Assembly (NCBI GenBank): GCA_963837955.1
Contig: CAWIPH010000002.1
Location: 4,480,001-4,544,000 of the forward strand
Reading direction: 5' to 3'
Source of the DNA: an uncultured Verrucomicrobiae bacterium
Lineage (GTDB): Bacteria; Verrucomicrobiota; Verrucomicrobiia; Chthoniobacterales; JAFAMB01
DNA: 64,000 nucleotides
Part shown: positions 34,797 through 44,767 of the stretch, in pieces
Layout of the letters: every line of letters starts with the position of its first letter
How positions within the stretch are numbered: the stretch's first letter is position 1
Made by a program: the position numbers and the translations under genes
Notes under the pieces: model-generated
Database searches by the model: none
What the model was told of the DNA's origin: nothing
What the model saw: the letters and a program-made list of their open reading frames with translations, nothing else

Positions 34797-35241
34797 AAGC
34801 AACCTTCCTGGTTGCAATTTGGTTTCACTGAACGGGAGGGGCTAATCGGATACTCTGATTGGATATCAGCGGGCGTTATGGCACTAGCGCACAAGAGCTC
34901 GCGGAGACCAAGAAATACCCTTCTAACAGGAGATCACAGAGATAACGGAGAAAACCGGATCTCACGCAAAGACGCGTTACCCGGTAGGGCTGAGCTCCCG
35001 CTCGGCCGGAATCACCTCACGCAAAGACGCCAAGACGCAAAGGTGGAGAAGTGAGAAGTGAGAAGTGATTGGTGAACGGAGCGACGTGCGGTAGATCATC
35101 CAAAATGGGGTCACGTCTAAAACCGTAAATAGCCGCAAAAGAACACAAAGAGCGCAGAGAATTCACATCCTTTGCTACTTTCTGTTTAAAAAATCTTCGT
35201 GGTCTTTGCGATCTTCTGTGAAGTAAGACAGTAGGCAGGAG

Positions 35242-35745
35242 CTAGGATCCAGGAGACGGCAGTCTTCCCCTCTTTGCGCCTTGGCGTCTTTGCGTGAGAT
35301 TTTTCTTCCGTCCGCGATTGGTCGCATTCGAGACATCGGAGACGGCGCTCTGCGCGATCACGATATTGCCTTCCGACAAGCCTGCTGCTAACAGCGCAAT
35401 GATCAGTAGCCAAAAACTCTCCATCCCAATCGCAATGGCAATCAGGCCGTAGCAGAAAATCGAAAGAACGAGCGAAACGAGCAATACGCGTCGACGCGCA
35501 AATTTGTCAGAGAGTGCGCCAATCGGCGGAGCTGATAGAAATTGTCCCAGCGGATACATGCACAACACCAGGCCGAGTAGGACCGTTTTTGTGCCTGTCG
35601 CCGTATCGGGAGGAATTAAACGGCCATGCCCCTGCAAAAACATCGGAGTGAATACCGTTATCATCATGCTGTATCCGACAAACCCGGCGAAGACGACCAA
35701 ATAGACCGGAAGAAGGCGTACGAGACTCATAGAGACCAGCTCCAC
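35242..35745 (-). pseudogene. 5' part of an MFS (TetA-like) transporter truncated by a repeat
   Basis: Motif A (GALSDKFARR); only about 4 transmembrane helices before the frame runs into the ATCTCACGCAAAG repeat near 35300. Confidence 0.75.
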
Positions 35746-35947
35746 GCCGCAAGCAGTTTCATTTCGGGATTGGAGATTAGGCGAAAAAACACCCGCGCGT
35801 CACGCTCTGTTCGATGAACAGGTAACAGCCGTCGACCGCTTTGAGGACCCCCGGAAATTCGGGATCCTCTCGGCACTTAAGGTGAAACTCGTAGGGTGAA
35901 ACTCGTAGGGTCACGTCTAAACCTTCAATATTGCTCGTCACTTTCAA

Positions 35948-36075
35948 TCTTCGCCGAAGGATCTGTTAGGTCTGCTTCGCACCCAGGCTCATCTTCTTTC
36001 AATATCTATTCTTAACGGTCGTGTCGGCAGATATCTAGGCGACCCCGAATGTTGAAAGTTAAGACGTGACCCTAT
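35948..36075 (+). repeat. Direct repeat, copy 1 (ends in a GACGTGACCC REP-like motif)
   Basis: Aligns by eye with 45834-46002; the other copy has about 38 extra nt. Confidence 0.8.
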
Positions 36076-36409
36076 TTTTATCCTTGCCCACACTCAGAAA
36101 TGGATGTTGCCGAGGAGTTGAAAATGTCTCTTCTATTTCCTTTATTTTCCCCAGCATTTCCTCATACGACTTTTCTTGGCTACCAATTACCCCGAGTCGA
36201 TTCGAAAGAAACTCATATGCAACCCGATTAGGAAGGATGAGCTGCTCTTTTAGTTGCTCCAAAATGTTCAAAAATTCCTTTCGCGTGTCCTCCGAATACC
36301 GGTAGAGATTTAGCAACACGTTAGCGTCCGCCGCGATTGCGCCTTTGCTCCACATTTGTTTAAGCTCGGCGTGGGATAGTTTGAAATATCCAGGAAAGAG
36401 TTGCTTCAC
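36059..36409 (-). pseudogene. N-terminal fragment of a PIN-like domain protein
   Basis: MKQLFPGYF…DANVLLNLYRYS..TR PIN-like start; the frame ends inside the REP-like motif after about 110 aa. Confidence 0.65.
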
Positions 36410-36570
36410 AGGAAAAGTCCCCTTTTAACAGAGTCTAATGCGTCTGTCAGGCGCAAAAAATGAACGACAAAAGAGTTGCTTGCCGATTTACGGCTCCTGA
36501 CCCCAATTGGTGTGAATTTTGACTTTCGGCACCCGCTCATGCCCGCTTAAGATCTTACACTCGATGGCTT

Positions 36571-37008
36571 TTGCTCATGTTGAATCTTAAGAGATTTGGT
36601 CCGCGTACGGTCTGCCTGTTTCTGATGACGGCTGCGTTATGCAGCTGCGCAGGTGTTGAATTTCATGCCTGGGAAGGTAAGCAGCAGAAATGGCCGACTT
36701 CGCCGGGAGCTCTCGTCGACAATCGATACGCAGTTCCGACGTACTATGGTTATCCGCCGCGGACCTACATGGTTATTGGGGTGATTCAATCTTCAACAAA
36801 GAGGGTGAATCGGTTTGCCCTTCTCTCGTACGCCGCTAATCGTGCGAAAGCGCTCGGAGCCGACGCGATTCTGGCAATGCCGCGGACATCCGAGTCCGAC
36901 ACAGCGAATCCTTTTGCTGATGGGTTAGGCCCTGTTCTCACACCAACAACCGACCGTGGTTTTTTCTCTGCCAAAGCGTCGGTGGTGGCAATCAAATGGC
37001 AGAACTAG
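36571..37008 (+). CDS. Hypothetical lipoprotein
   Basis: Lipobox LCSC; AKALGADAI motif as in small YbjQ/DUF4156-like proteins. Confidence 0.6.
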   Translation: MLMLNLKRFGPRTVCLFLMTAALCSCAGVEFHAWEGKQQKWPTSPGALVDNRYAVPTYYGYPPRTYMVIGVIQSSTKRVNRFALLSYAANRAKALGADAILAMPRTSESDTANPFADGLGPVLTPTTDRGFFSAKASVVAIKWQN

Positions 37009-37149
37009 GAAATCAGTAGAGGTCGGGTCTAAAGACTCAAATAATTCGGCTGTACCTTGTTCTCGTTCATCAAGTCACATTACTTGATTCTTTATATACG
37101 ACCCCTCGTTTTGCCACTTCAAAATGTGGCCTCACCGATCGTCCACAAC

Positions 37150-37741
37150 TTAAGATTGCCGCAGACGGCGGCCGCGCTCATACGACTTTTGGGCAAAGAG
37201 GGTAACGGATACACTATTAAATTCGATCGGGCCGACTTTCCGTTCTTTGTAATATTTGAACTCCACATGTCTAGAGAATAGGTCTCTAAGCTGTCCGGCC
37301 TTTGGCAGCACACGGAAGTTTTCTCCTTGCCCACCGAAGGTCTCTACGTAAACGTGCCCTCCTTCTTGCAGTGAAGAGAGAAGACAAGGCACGAGGTCTA
37401 TCATTGCAAAATGAACGCAAACTATTGCCGAGAAGGAGGATGGTGCGAACGGCCACAGTCCGGCCTTTAGATCGGCGCAAACGGTAAAGATTTTGCCAAT
37501 GCGAACGCCGGGAAATGCGCGCTCCGCGATATACGCGTTCTTGACCTGCTCCAGAGCGGCCAGACGTCCTTGGTCGTTATCAACCGCAAGAACCGTGCAG
37601 CCTCGCGCCGCCAAGGCGACGGCATTACGCCCGTACCCGCAGGGAGCGTCAAGTACTGTGCCTCTAGCAATGGACGCTATTTGGTCGGCAAATCTGAGGA
37701 GGGTTTTCGAAGGACGAAATCGGCAAGTGTGCGGTTTTCAC
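37150..37741 (-). CDS. Class I SAM-dependent methyltransferase (TehB-like), coupled to hxsC
   Basis: In-frame upstream extension of ORF 37150..37614 reads PSKTLLRFADQ…VLDAPCGYGRNAVALAARG (motif I); a GTG overlaps the hxsC stop and needs one indel near 37715. Confidence 0.75.
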
Positions 37742-38909
37742 TACGAGGAAAAGGCCCGTATATGGTCGCTGTAGCGAATCTTTGCGGACGCAAAGAACCC
37801 TCCGCAATTTTCCTTTTCTCGACAGCCTTCGCACTCCGGCATGTATTCGTTCTTCCAATCGCTGATGGACTTTCGAGCGAATGGCCATAGGCGCTTATCC
37901 AGGACGCAGAGTTGGTGATTATAGATCGAGACGTGCATCCGACTGTCCGCCAGAAGGCTAACGGCTCGATACAATTCCGTCTGATAATCCGCGGGATCAA
38001 TCCAAAGGTCGTCGAGATTCGCCCGCGTAAAGCCAGTGATTTCAAGGCCCATTAACGCGACATGGTCAACAAACGTAAGATTTCGCGCGAGAAATTCGGC
38101 AAGTTGCGGCAATCGGGCATAGGTCTGCTGATGAACCACGACGCGAATTTCAACCTTTTGCTTATAACGTTTAAGATTGAGAATTCCACGAATCGTTTCG
38201 TCAAAAGCTCCGTCCGATTGAACCACGTAATCATGAATTGTCGAGACGTCGGAGTAAATTGGAATCCCGATCATCATATCGAAATGCTGGATATCGGCGT
38301 AGCGTCTCGCGAATTCCGCTGCTCGCAAATAGCCGACCATTGGAGAGGATATGGATCGCCGTATTGGGCAGATAGCTCTTCATTGCTCGCAGAATTCGCA
38401 AAAAATCCTCTCCCAAAAGAGTCGGCTCACCTCCAGTAAAGCCAATTTCTTGCGTTGATGGATCAATGAGCGGAATGGCCGCCAATACATCATCGACAAT
38501 CCAATTGTCGTCGATGTTTTTGGGAGGTTGGGAGCACATCAAGCAGTAGTGATTGCACCGCTCGGTAAGAAGAAAGTGGTTATGAAATGAGTTTCGTCGG
38601 TAAAGAACCCGAACTGCGTTACTTTTCGGCCATAGACGCAGAACGTCGCCATCGCCGAGATAGTGAAACTCATCGGGCAGAATCATCGATCTTTGTTTCG
38701 GAAGGAAGACTGTCCAACGCCGCAGCATGCTTCGCAAGTGCGAGATAGACGCCAAACCCCTCCGGTAAACTGCCCTCAGCGACGAGAAATGCCTCGCGCG
38801 CCCGAAGCGCCTGCGGGCGGTCCTGTTGGTCGGTGACACGCATAACCATTCTGGCCGGACTGTCGGAAAGATTGCGGCTTTCAACCGCGCGGCTGGAGAG
38901 TGTCAGCAT
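37741..38909 (-). CDS. hxsC: His-Xaa-Ser system radical SAM maturase HxsC (2 frameshifts)
   Basis: LTERCNHYCLMCSQPP, FTGGEPT, SISDWKNEY and CEGC…CGGFF across ORFs 38670, 38231 and 37741. Confidence 0.9.
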
Positions 38910-40372
38910 CGTGAGTTTGCCCATCTTACAAAAATGCGGCGCACCTCATCATCGTTCCGCATCAGCGTAATGAGCCGCCTAAAGATCGACATGTTCCTTT
39001 TGCAAAACGCAGAGAGAGGTTTGCGTCCGACAAAATCTCCCTGGGTCGCGTGATGAAATACAGGATCGGCGCCGCAGAAAGGTTCAAACGCGCAGTCCGA
39101 GCACATCGGCACTGATGCTGCAAAAGACTCTTCAATTGGACCCAATAGCGCATCCGAAAGGATAATATCCTCGTAGCGATCTCGATGGACGTTTCCTATT
39201 CTAAAAGTCTTGTCGCCCATCTCAGCGAGCATCCGACTCTCGTCGGAGGCGTACACGTCTCCATCGTAATTGTAGACGATGGCGCCAATGCCAATGCCCG
39301 CAGGGCTTCGCAGATCGACAAATCCCGGCTCAAAAGGAGTGAGCATTTTAGCGAGAATCGTGGCAGCATAGAATTCCGTGAAGGCATAACCTGAACGATT
39401 TAGTGCGAGGATATAGTCCAGACCTGCGAAATAGAATTCGAGCCATTCGTCTACGTCGTACGCCTTGAACCACTTCGTCTTAACAGCGAATCCATAAGGC
39501 GACATCGGTCGAAGAAAAATCCCTCTGAACCCTTGCGCCACATACTCATCGACGATATCTCGCACCCGCCCGAGGCTGAGTTTCGTGGTCGTCATTAGAG
39601 CGCTAACGCGGTCTCGGCCCAGAGCATCTGCGGACCCTCGAAATGCCCTCGATCGCGCGCTCATAACTGTCGTTGCCAGGTCGAGGACGATTAGCGTTGT
39701 GCAGGTCTGATGGACCATCAAGTGACGTCGAAATCAGGATGTCGTGATCCCTGCAAAACTCCAAAATTTCGTCATTGATGAGCGCGAGATTGGTTGCAAT
39801 GACAAACTGCAGATCGCGACGCTCTGCGAGGTTCGACGCCTCTGCACGCTCAACGATGTGCCGAATGAGCGGAAAATTCAGCAGTGGCTCACCTCCCTGA
39901 AACTCAATCTTAATACTCGGTGAAGGCGACCGAAACACCAGTGCCAGAGCCTTCTCAGCCGTTTCGACCGACATGTCGAACGCCAGTTTGTCGTCACTCT
40001 GACGAGAGACTTGGCAGTACGGGCACGAATGCTCGCACCTGAGAGAGACTACAAATATATGCAACCCAGTGAAGTCGGCGAGCCGCCGTAGTTTTGTTCG
40101 GACTTTGAGCGGCAACAAGTCCAGTCGCCACTGATGAGTCGCCGATCGATGATGAAATGCTTTGACTTCAAATCATCGTAGACTCGATTTGTGGCAGGAA
40201 GCTGGTGACGCACGAGCGCTTCTAACGCTGGCCGCTCAAGGACGATGAATTCGCCGGCTTGATTGGTCAGAACGTACTCGTCGTCATTGAGCGACGTAAA
40301 GCGGAAGGGCAAAAGCTGGTAGCCATCGACCAGGGGTTGCTGGTAAACCGATAATGGCTGAAACTTACTCAC
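38903..40372 (-). CDS. hxsB: His-Xaa-Ser system radical SAM/SPASM maturase HxsB (2 frameshifts)
   Basis: YQLLPFRF, LRCEHSCPYCQVSR, IEFQGGEPL, VDLRSPAG, YASDESRML and CSDCAFEPFCGADPV across three ORFs. Confidence 0.9.
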
Positions 40373-40674
40373 CGCCTTGAAGCCCAGTCTTGGAAAGCGC
40401 GAAAGCCAAGACGGCGTTGCGGGTTGCTTCCGTCTCTTTCGCGATGATCGATCTCAGATCCTGGTCAAGAACCTCATTTTTGAAAGCGGCCACGATCCGC
40501 TCAGCCTGCTCTTCCTCCTTCGGATCCGAAACAAAGTGAAGAACGCATTCGATCTCGGTCGGAACGCGGGATTATGTCAACAGAAAGCACATCCGAAAAA
40601 CGATATGCTGCCTTCTTGATCGTCTCAATGCTGTAGACTTGGGAGGAAAAGGTGACCGTTCGAGGCACAAGCAT
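40365..40674 (-). CDS. hxsD: His-Xaa-Ser system protein HxsD (1 frameshift; absent from the ORF track)
   Basis: Manual translation: MLVPRTVTFSSQVYSIETIKKAAYRFSD… then EIECVLHF…FKNEVLDQDLRSIIAKETEATRNAVLAFALSKTGLQGGE*; overlaps the hxsB GTG. Confidence 0.85.
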
Positions 40675-40699
40675 GGGTGTGCTCCTCTAACTCAACGAA

Positions 40700-40975
40700 T
40701 CAGCTTCCAGACATATGGGAAGAATGGCTGGCGTGAGATTCGTGCGAAGCGTGAGACTCGTGTGAGGCGTGTGACTCGTGATCAGTCAATCGGAGGCCAT
40801 CCTCAGCGCTACGCGTGAGAACCAGTTGAGCCGCTCCCACTGCTGCAGATGCTTCCGGGGCCACCATGATGGGCGCGCCTGTCGTAGCAGTCGAGACTTG
40901 CGCACGAAGCGGAGTACCGTTGAGTAATGCAGTAACACAAACCGCAAGCGGACCCAAAAATTGACGTTTGTTCAC
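40700..40975 (-). CDS. hxsA: His-Xaa-Ser repeat precursor peptide
   Basis: C-terminus HES-HAS-HES-HAS-HES-HAS-HSS-HMS-GS (8 HxS units); signal-like N-terminus; first gene of the operon. Confidence 0.9.
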   Translation of the reverse strand: MNKRQFLGPLAVCVTALLNGTPLRAQVSTATTGAPIMVAPEASAAVGAAQLVLTRSAEDGLRLTDHESHASHESHASHESHASHSSHMSGS

Positions 40976-41311
40976 AACGTTAAGGTGTTGAGGTTACAAA
41001 AGTTTCAGAGTTACCGTCAATACAGTATTTATAAAAATTGGCGAAAAATGATCGAGCTGTTAGCCCGGTCCCCGGGAAGTCGTGAGCGCTGAGGAAGAAC
41101 CCGCCGGTGTTTTGCGGGACTTGTTAGAAAGAGAACGAAAAGCCAGACGCAAAGGAAGAAGGGAATCTGAACAGGATCACGTCTAAACATTCAACATTCA
41201 GCCTGCCGGCCGTTCCGGAGTTTATTGCTTGTTAGACACGACCTAAAAGTTTCACCTTTTCCCCAGTTAAACTACTGAGTGTCGACTATCAACGGGTGCC
41301 AGCGCAGGAAA

Positions 41312-41770
41312 CTAGATCCGAAGCTTGAAATAATCCTGGTACCGCGGGTTTTTAAAGCAGTCATCGCGGGCAGCCACATATCTGTTCTGTAGGATATCCC
41401 AAATCAGTTCAGTCGGAATGTCGAACGAAAGATACTTCGGAACGATTTTGTGGGCCTGTATTTTCAGGTGATTTTCAAGACTTCTTGTGTCGTTCGGGCG
41501 CTTACCAACAAGGAAATGCTGCTTCGCAAGCTTGGATTCGATCATGATTTTTCGACAGTAGCTGATCAGCTGATCTACGTCGGCCGGCGTTAGAGCCGTC
41601 CGCTTAATCTCGACGATCGTGACGCGATTTCGGACCCGGAACAGCAAATCGAGGCGCTTGTCATCTCGAACAAGCTCGTATTCGGGATGAAAACCTTTCA
41701 GGCTCTCGTCAATTAGTTCCGGGTGACGCCGAAGCAAGGCATGGATCGTCCGCTCTTTATCAACGAGCAT
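41312..41770 (-). CDS. NucS/EndoMS-like PD-(D/E)XK nuclease
   Basis: E…RLDLLF…IVEIKR…DQLISY pattern; ATG at 41770 overlaps the end of the upstream gene. Confidence 0.65.
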   Translation of the reverse strand: MLVDKERTIHALLRRHPELIDESLKGFHPEYELVRDDKRLDLLFRVRNRVTIVEIKRTALTPADVDQLISYCRKIMIESKLAKQHFLVGKRPNDTRSLENHLKIQAHKIVPKYLSFDIPTELIWDILQNRYVAARDDCFKNPRYQDYFKLRI

Positions 41771-42338
41771 CGCGGATGGAGTCGATGAACGGTTTGAGCT
41801 TTGCTCGCGCATTCGCAAGAGTCGCCTTCCTATCAATTGTCTCACCTTTCGCAGTCCTCTTCTTTACGATTTCGAACTTCACTGCACGTGCGATCTGCTC
41901 GGCTTGTTTACCTTTCAAGAGCTTTGCCAGTGCCTCATCAATTTCGTCTTCCGGTTTCTGCGCCAACGCGCGGAATTGCTGTCGAAGCATATCGTCCGGA
42001 CTCATTCTCAGCTCGCTAACGACCTTCGCAGCAATACCTTTCTTGATCGCAAAAACAGCAAGCTTCTTCTGTTTATCTTTACCGGTGAAGCTTGCCCCTG
42101 ATTGGCTCACGGCGGATACTAACGTTGGCGAAGTTGTGCGTCCCTCTTTAAGAAGGGCATGGATTTCGATGTAGTCTTTGTTGAGAAAATCTTTTGTCTC
42201 CTCTGATTTCGCTAGAAAAGTTGTGAGGCTCTTATGAAGTGCCCCCACCTCTTTCTGCATTTCGTTTACCGTCAGAAATTCTGGATTATTTCTGACAATA
42301 TCTAACGTCTCCTTCAGTAGATCGGTTATTTGGTTCAT
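41760..42338 (-). CDS. Hypothetical basic, helical protein
   Basis: 192 aa; tightly coupled between the ParA and nuclease genes. Confidence 0.65.
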   Translation of the reverse strand: MNQITDLLKETLDIVRNNPEFLTVNEMQKEVGALHKSLTTFLAKSEETKDFLNKDYIEIHALLKEGRTTSPTLVSAVSQSGASFTGKDKQKKLAVFAIKKGIAAKVVSELRMSPDDMLRQQFRALAQKPEDEIDEALAKLLKGKQAEQIARAVKFEIVKKRTAKGETIDRKATLANARAKLKPFIDSIRDAR

Positions 42339-42342
42339 AGGC

Positions 42343-43314
42343 TCACGAAGGCATCGGCGTATGGTGGATGTACCGGGCGAGGCTCACGTAGTCTTCTCGA
42401 AGATCTGCATTGTTGGTGGTCAAGATAAAGGGAACATCATGCTCAATCACCTTGGTGGCCGCGACGGTGTGTCGTATCCTCGTTGGCAGCATGATGGCGT
42501 CATGGCAGATGTAGGAATGTTCTTGTCGTAAATAGTTCAGCTTATTGCTAAGTGTCCCAATGAGGTGCTCGATGCTACCTCTCGGAACGTTATTCAGGAT
42601 AATGCCGCGAATCTTCGCTAACCTGTGGCCAAACATCTTGAATGGGGAGGATTGGACAAGATGATAAAAGGCTAACATCCGCTTATGCAACAAGGATAGG
42701 CCTCGATCGCTGAGCGGATCAGGGTTGCAGGGAACGTAAATTTCGCGGCTGGCAAAGAGAGCGGCTTGGGTTGCCCGGAATACATGAGGCGGGCAATCAA
42801 AGAGGATGTAATCGTAATCGTAAACGACGGCCTTCAGGGTCTCGTAAAATCTGGCAAGGAACGGCACGAGGTCTCCGTTCACAGTAAACCCGTCCTCCAC
42901 ATCTACTAGCTCATAGACAGCAGGCAGAAGATCCAATCTATCGATCTGAATTTGTCCGTTGATCTGGACGACAGATTTTCGAATCGCGTTGTGGAGGAAC
43001 GGGGCTTTCGCCGTGAGTACTCCATAAGTTGAATTGTCCACGCTGTATGAGTCATGAAAACGTCCAAGCCCCATCAGCCACGAACTCGCGTTCGCTTGCG
43101 CATCGCAGTCGACAACTAGCACCCTTAGGCCGAGATCATGTGCGAGTACGCCCGCGATATTGACCACGATGGAAGTCTTTCCCACTCCACCCTTGCAATT
43201 AACGAAGCTAATCAATCGAGCAGGCATATAGGTTGCAGCGTTCCGTGTCGGCGATCCTGTCAGGGCGTCAACAAGCCTGCCTGACGTCTGAGTCTTTCGG
43301 CCGATCCCAAACAA
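42343..43314 (-). CDS. ParA/Soj-family ATPase
   Basis: Deviant Walker A KGGVGKT; VDCDAQAN and FDCPP motifs; start uncertain. Confidence 0.88.
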   Translation of the reverse strand: MFGIGRKTQTSGRLVDALTGSPTRNAATYMPARLISFVNCKGGVGKTSIVVNIAGVLAHDLGLRVLVVDCDAQANASSWLMGLGRFHDSYSVDNSTYGVLTAKAPFLHNAIRKSVVQINGQIQIDRLDLLPAVYELVDVEDGFTVNGDLVPFLARFYETLKAVVYDYDYILFDCPPHVFRATQAALFASREIYVPCNPDPLSDRGLSLLHKRMLAFYHLVQSSPFKMFGHRLAKIRGIILNNVPRGSIEHLIGTLSNKLNYLRQEHSYICHDAIMLPTRIRHTVAATKVIEHDVPFILTTNNADLREDYVSLARYIHHTPMPS

Positions 43315-43631
43315 TCTTTAATGAAAAGATTTCTCATTTTCTGGGATCTCCGCGCGCCCCCAACAATCTAACAGAAACCGTCGACCAATAAGTATTTCGG
43401 CAATATTGCGAAATACGCAGTATGACGTATTGACGCTCAAATCGGCCGGCCAAAATACAGAGCACGCCAGCACGGTTTGGTACGAATTGTGGGACGTGCT
43501 TTTCGATCGTTCGAGGCATGAGTAGCTCCGGTCAAAGCAGTGCGGGGCCATATTGCTGGCTCAGATCTGGCTGTCTCTCGATCAATAAGAACACTGGTCA
43601 CAAACCCACTTGGTGAGTTAAGAATCTCACC

Positions 43632-44535
43632 ATGTCCAGCTGGACCCGTGAGAAGCTACTCCAGAAAGTTCGGGAGGTTAGCATTTGGAAAAAAGGTGAT
43701 CAACGGGCGCCTCATAAGCCGCTGCTCATTCTCTATGCTCTAGGCAAGTTGTTGGACGGCGAGAGCGAGATCCGGTTCAAGTACTTTTATGAGCCTTTCA
43801 GGGACCTGCTCCAGGAGTTCGGACCGCCGAGGAAGTCCTACCATCCTGAATTTCCGTTTTGGTATTTGCGCACCGAGGAATTTTGGGAGATTCGAACCAG
43901 CAACTGGTTGGGTGATGAAAAAGGGCGCATCGGCGCCGTCGAGGTTTGACCTCACAGGCCGAGAAGCTGTCGGTCGGTTTGTTCCGGAAGTTCAGCGCCT
44001 CTTTCTTGATGATGCTGGCCTCCCGGGAGAGGTCGTGAGCCTAGTGCTAAACAACCATTTCCCTGATTCAATTCATGAAGACATTCTTGAGGCGTGCCAC
44101 CTGGAGCGGCTGCAAACGGCGAAACCGAAGCGAGACCCGAAGTTTCGTGAAGAAATACTTCGAGTTTATGGCTATCGATGTGCGGTTTGCGGTTTTGATC
44201 TTCGTTTGGATAATATCCCCCTTGCTCTCGATGCGGCCCATATCCGCTGGCACCAGGCAAATGGTCCGAGCATCGCCTCGAACGGTCTAGCATTATGCTC
44301 TGTTCATCATAAGCTATTTGACCGAGGTGCATTCTCTCTTTCTGAAACTCTCAGAGTCGAAGTTTCAGCTCGTGTTAATGGCTCGGGTGGTCTTGTGGAG
44401 TACCTAACCCGCTTTAATTCAATTACGATCACGCTTCCTAATGTTCGAACTGCTAAGCCGAATCCGCATTTCCTTCGGTGGCACCGTGAAGAAGTTTTTC
44501 GTCTGCCTGTTGGCGATTGGGCCGCTGCGCTCTAA
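43632..44535 (+). CDS. SBD-HNH endonuclease (phosphorothioate-dependent restriction type), frameshift near 43900
   Basis: RAPHKPLLILY and HPEFPFWYL resemble the sulfur-binding domain; RDPKFR…CAVC…AAHI…NGLALC..HHKLFDRG is an HNH domain. Confidence 0.75.
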
Positions 44536-44767
44536 ATCTTTCCGGGGCTACATAGCGACGAAAGTTCACGCCGAAGGCGTAACGGGCTACCCGCATCGCT
44601 ACAGGAACGCTGAAAGTTGATTGGGATCATCAGAAAGAACTCAGGGCCGCGCAAATAAAATATTGAAGGATTAATCTGATCTTCCTCCGGTTGAACCAAT
44701 TCGCCGTTTCGGTGCGCCAAACTCGATTTTTCTCGAGGATTCTTGATCAGATTGCTAATACTTCCCC

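Noticed and set aside
37741..40674. Programmed frameshifting in hxsB/C/D
   Set aside because: No consistent slippery sites were seen, and similar indels affect unrelated genes across the window.
42343..43314. Plasmid or chromosome partition locus
   Set aside because: No recognisable ParB, rep gene or parS/iteron array nearby.
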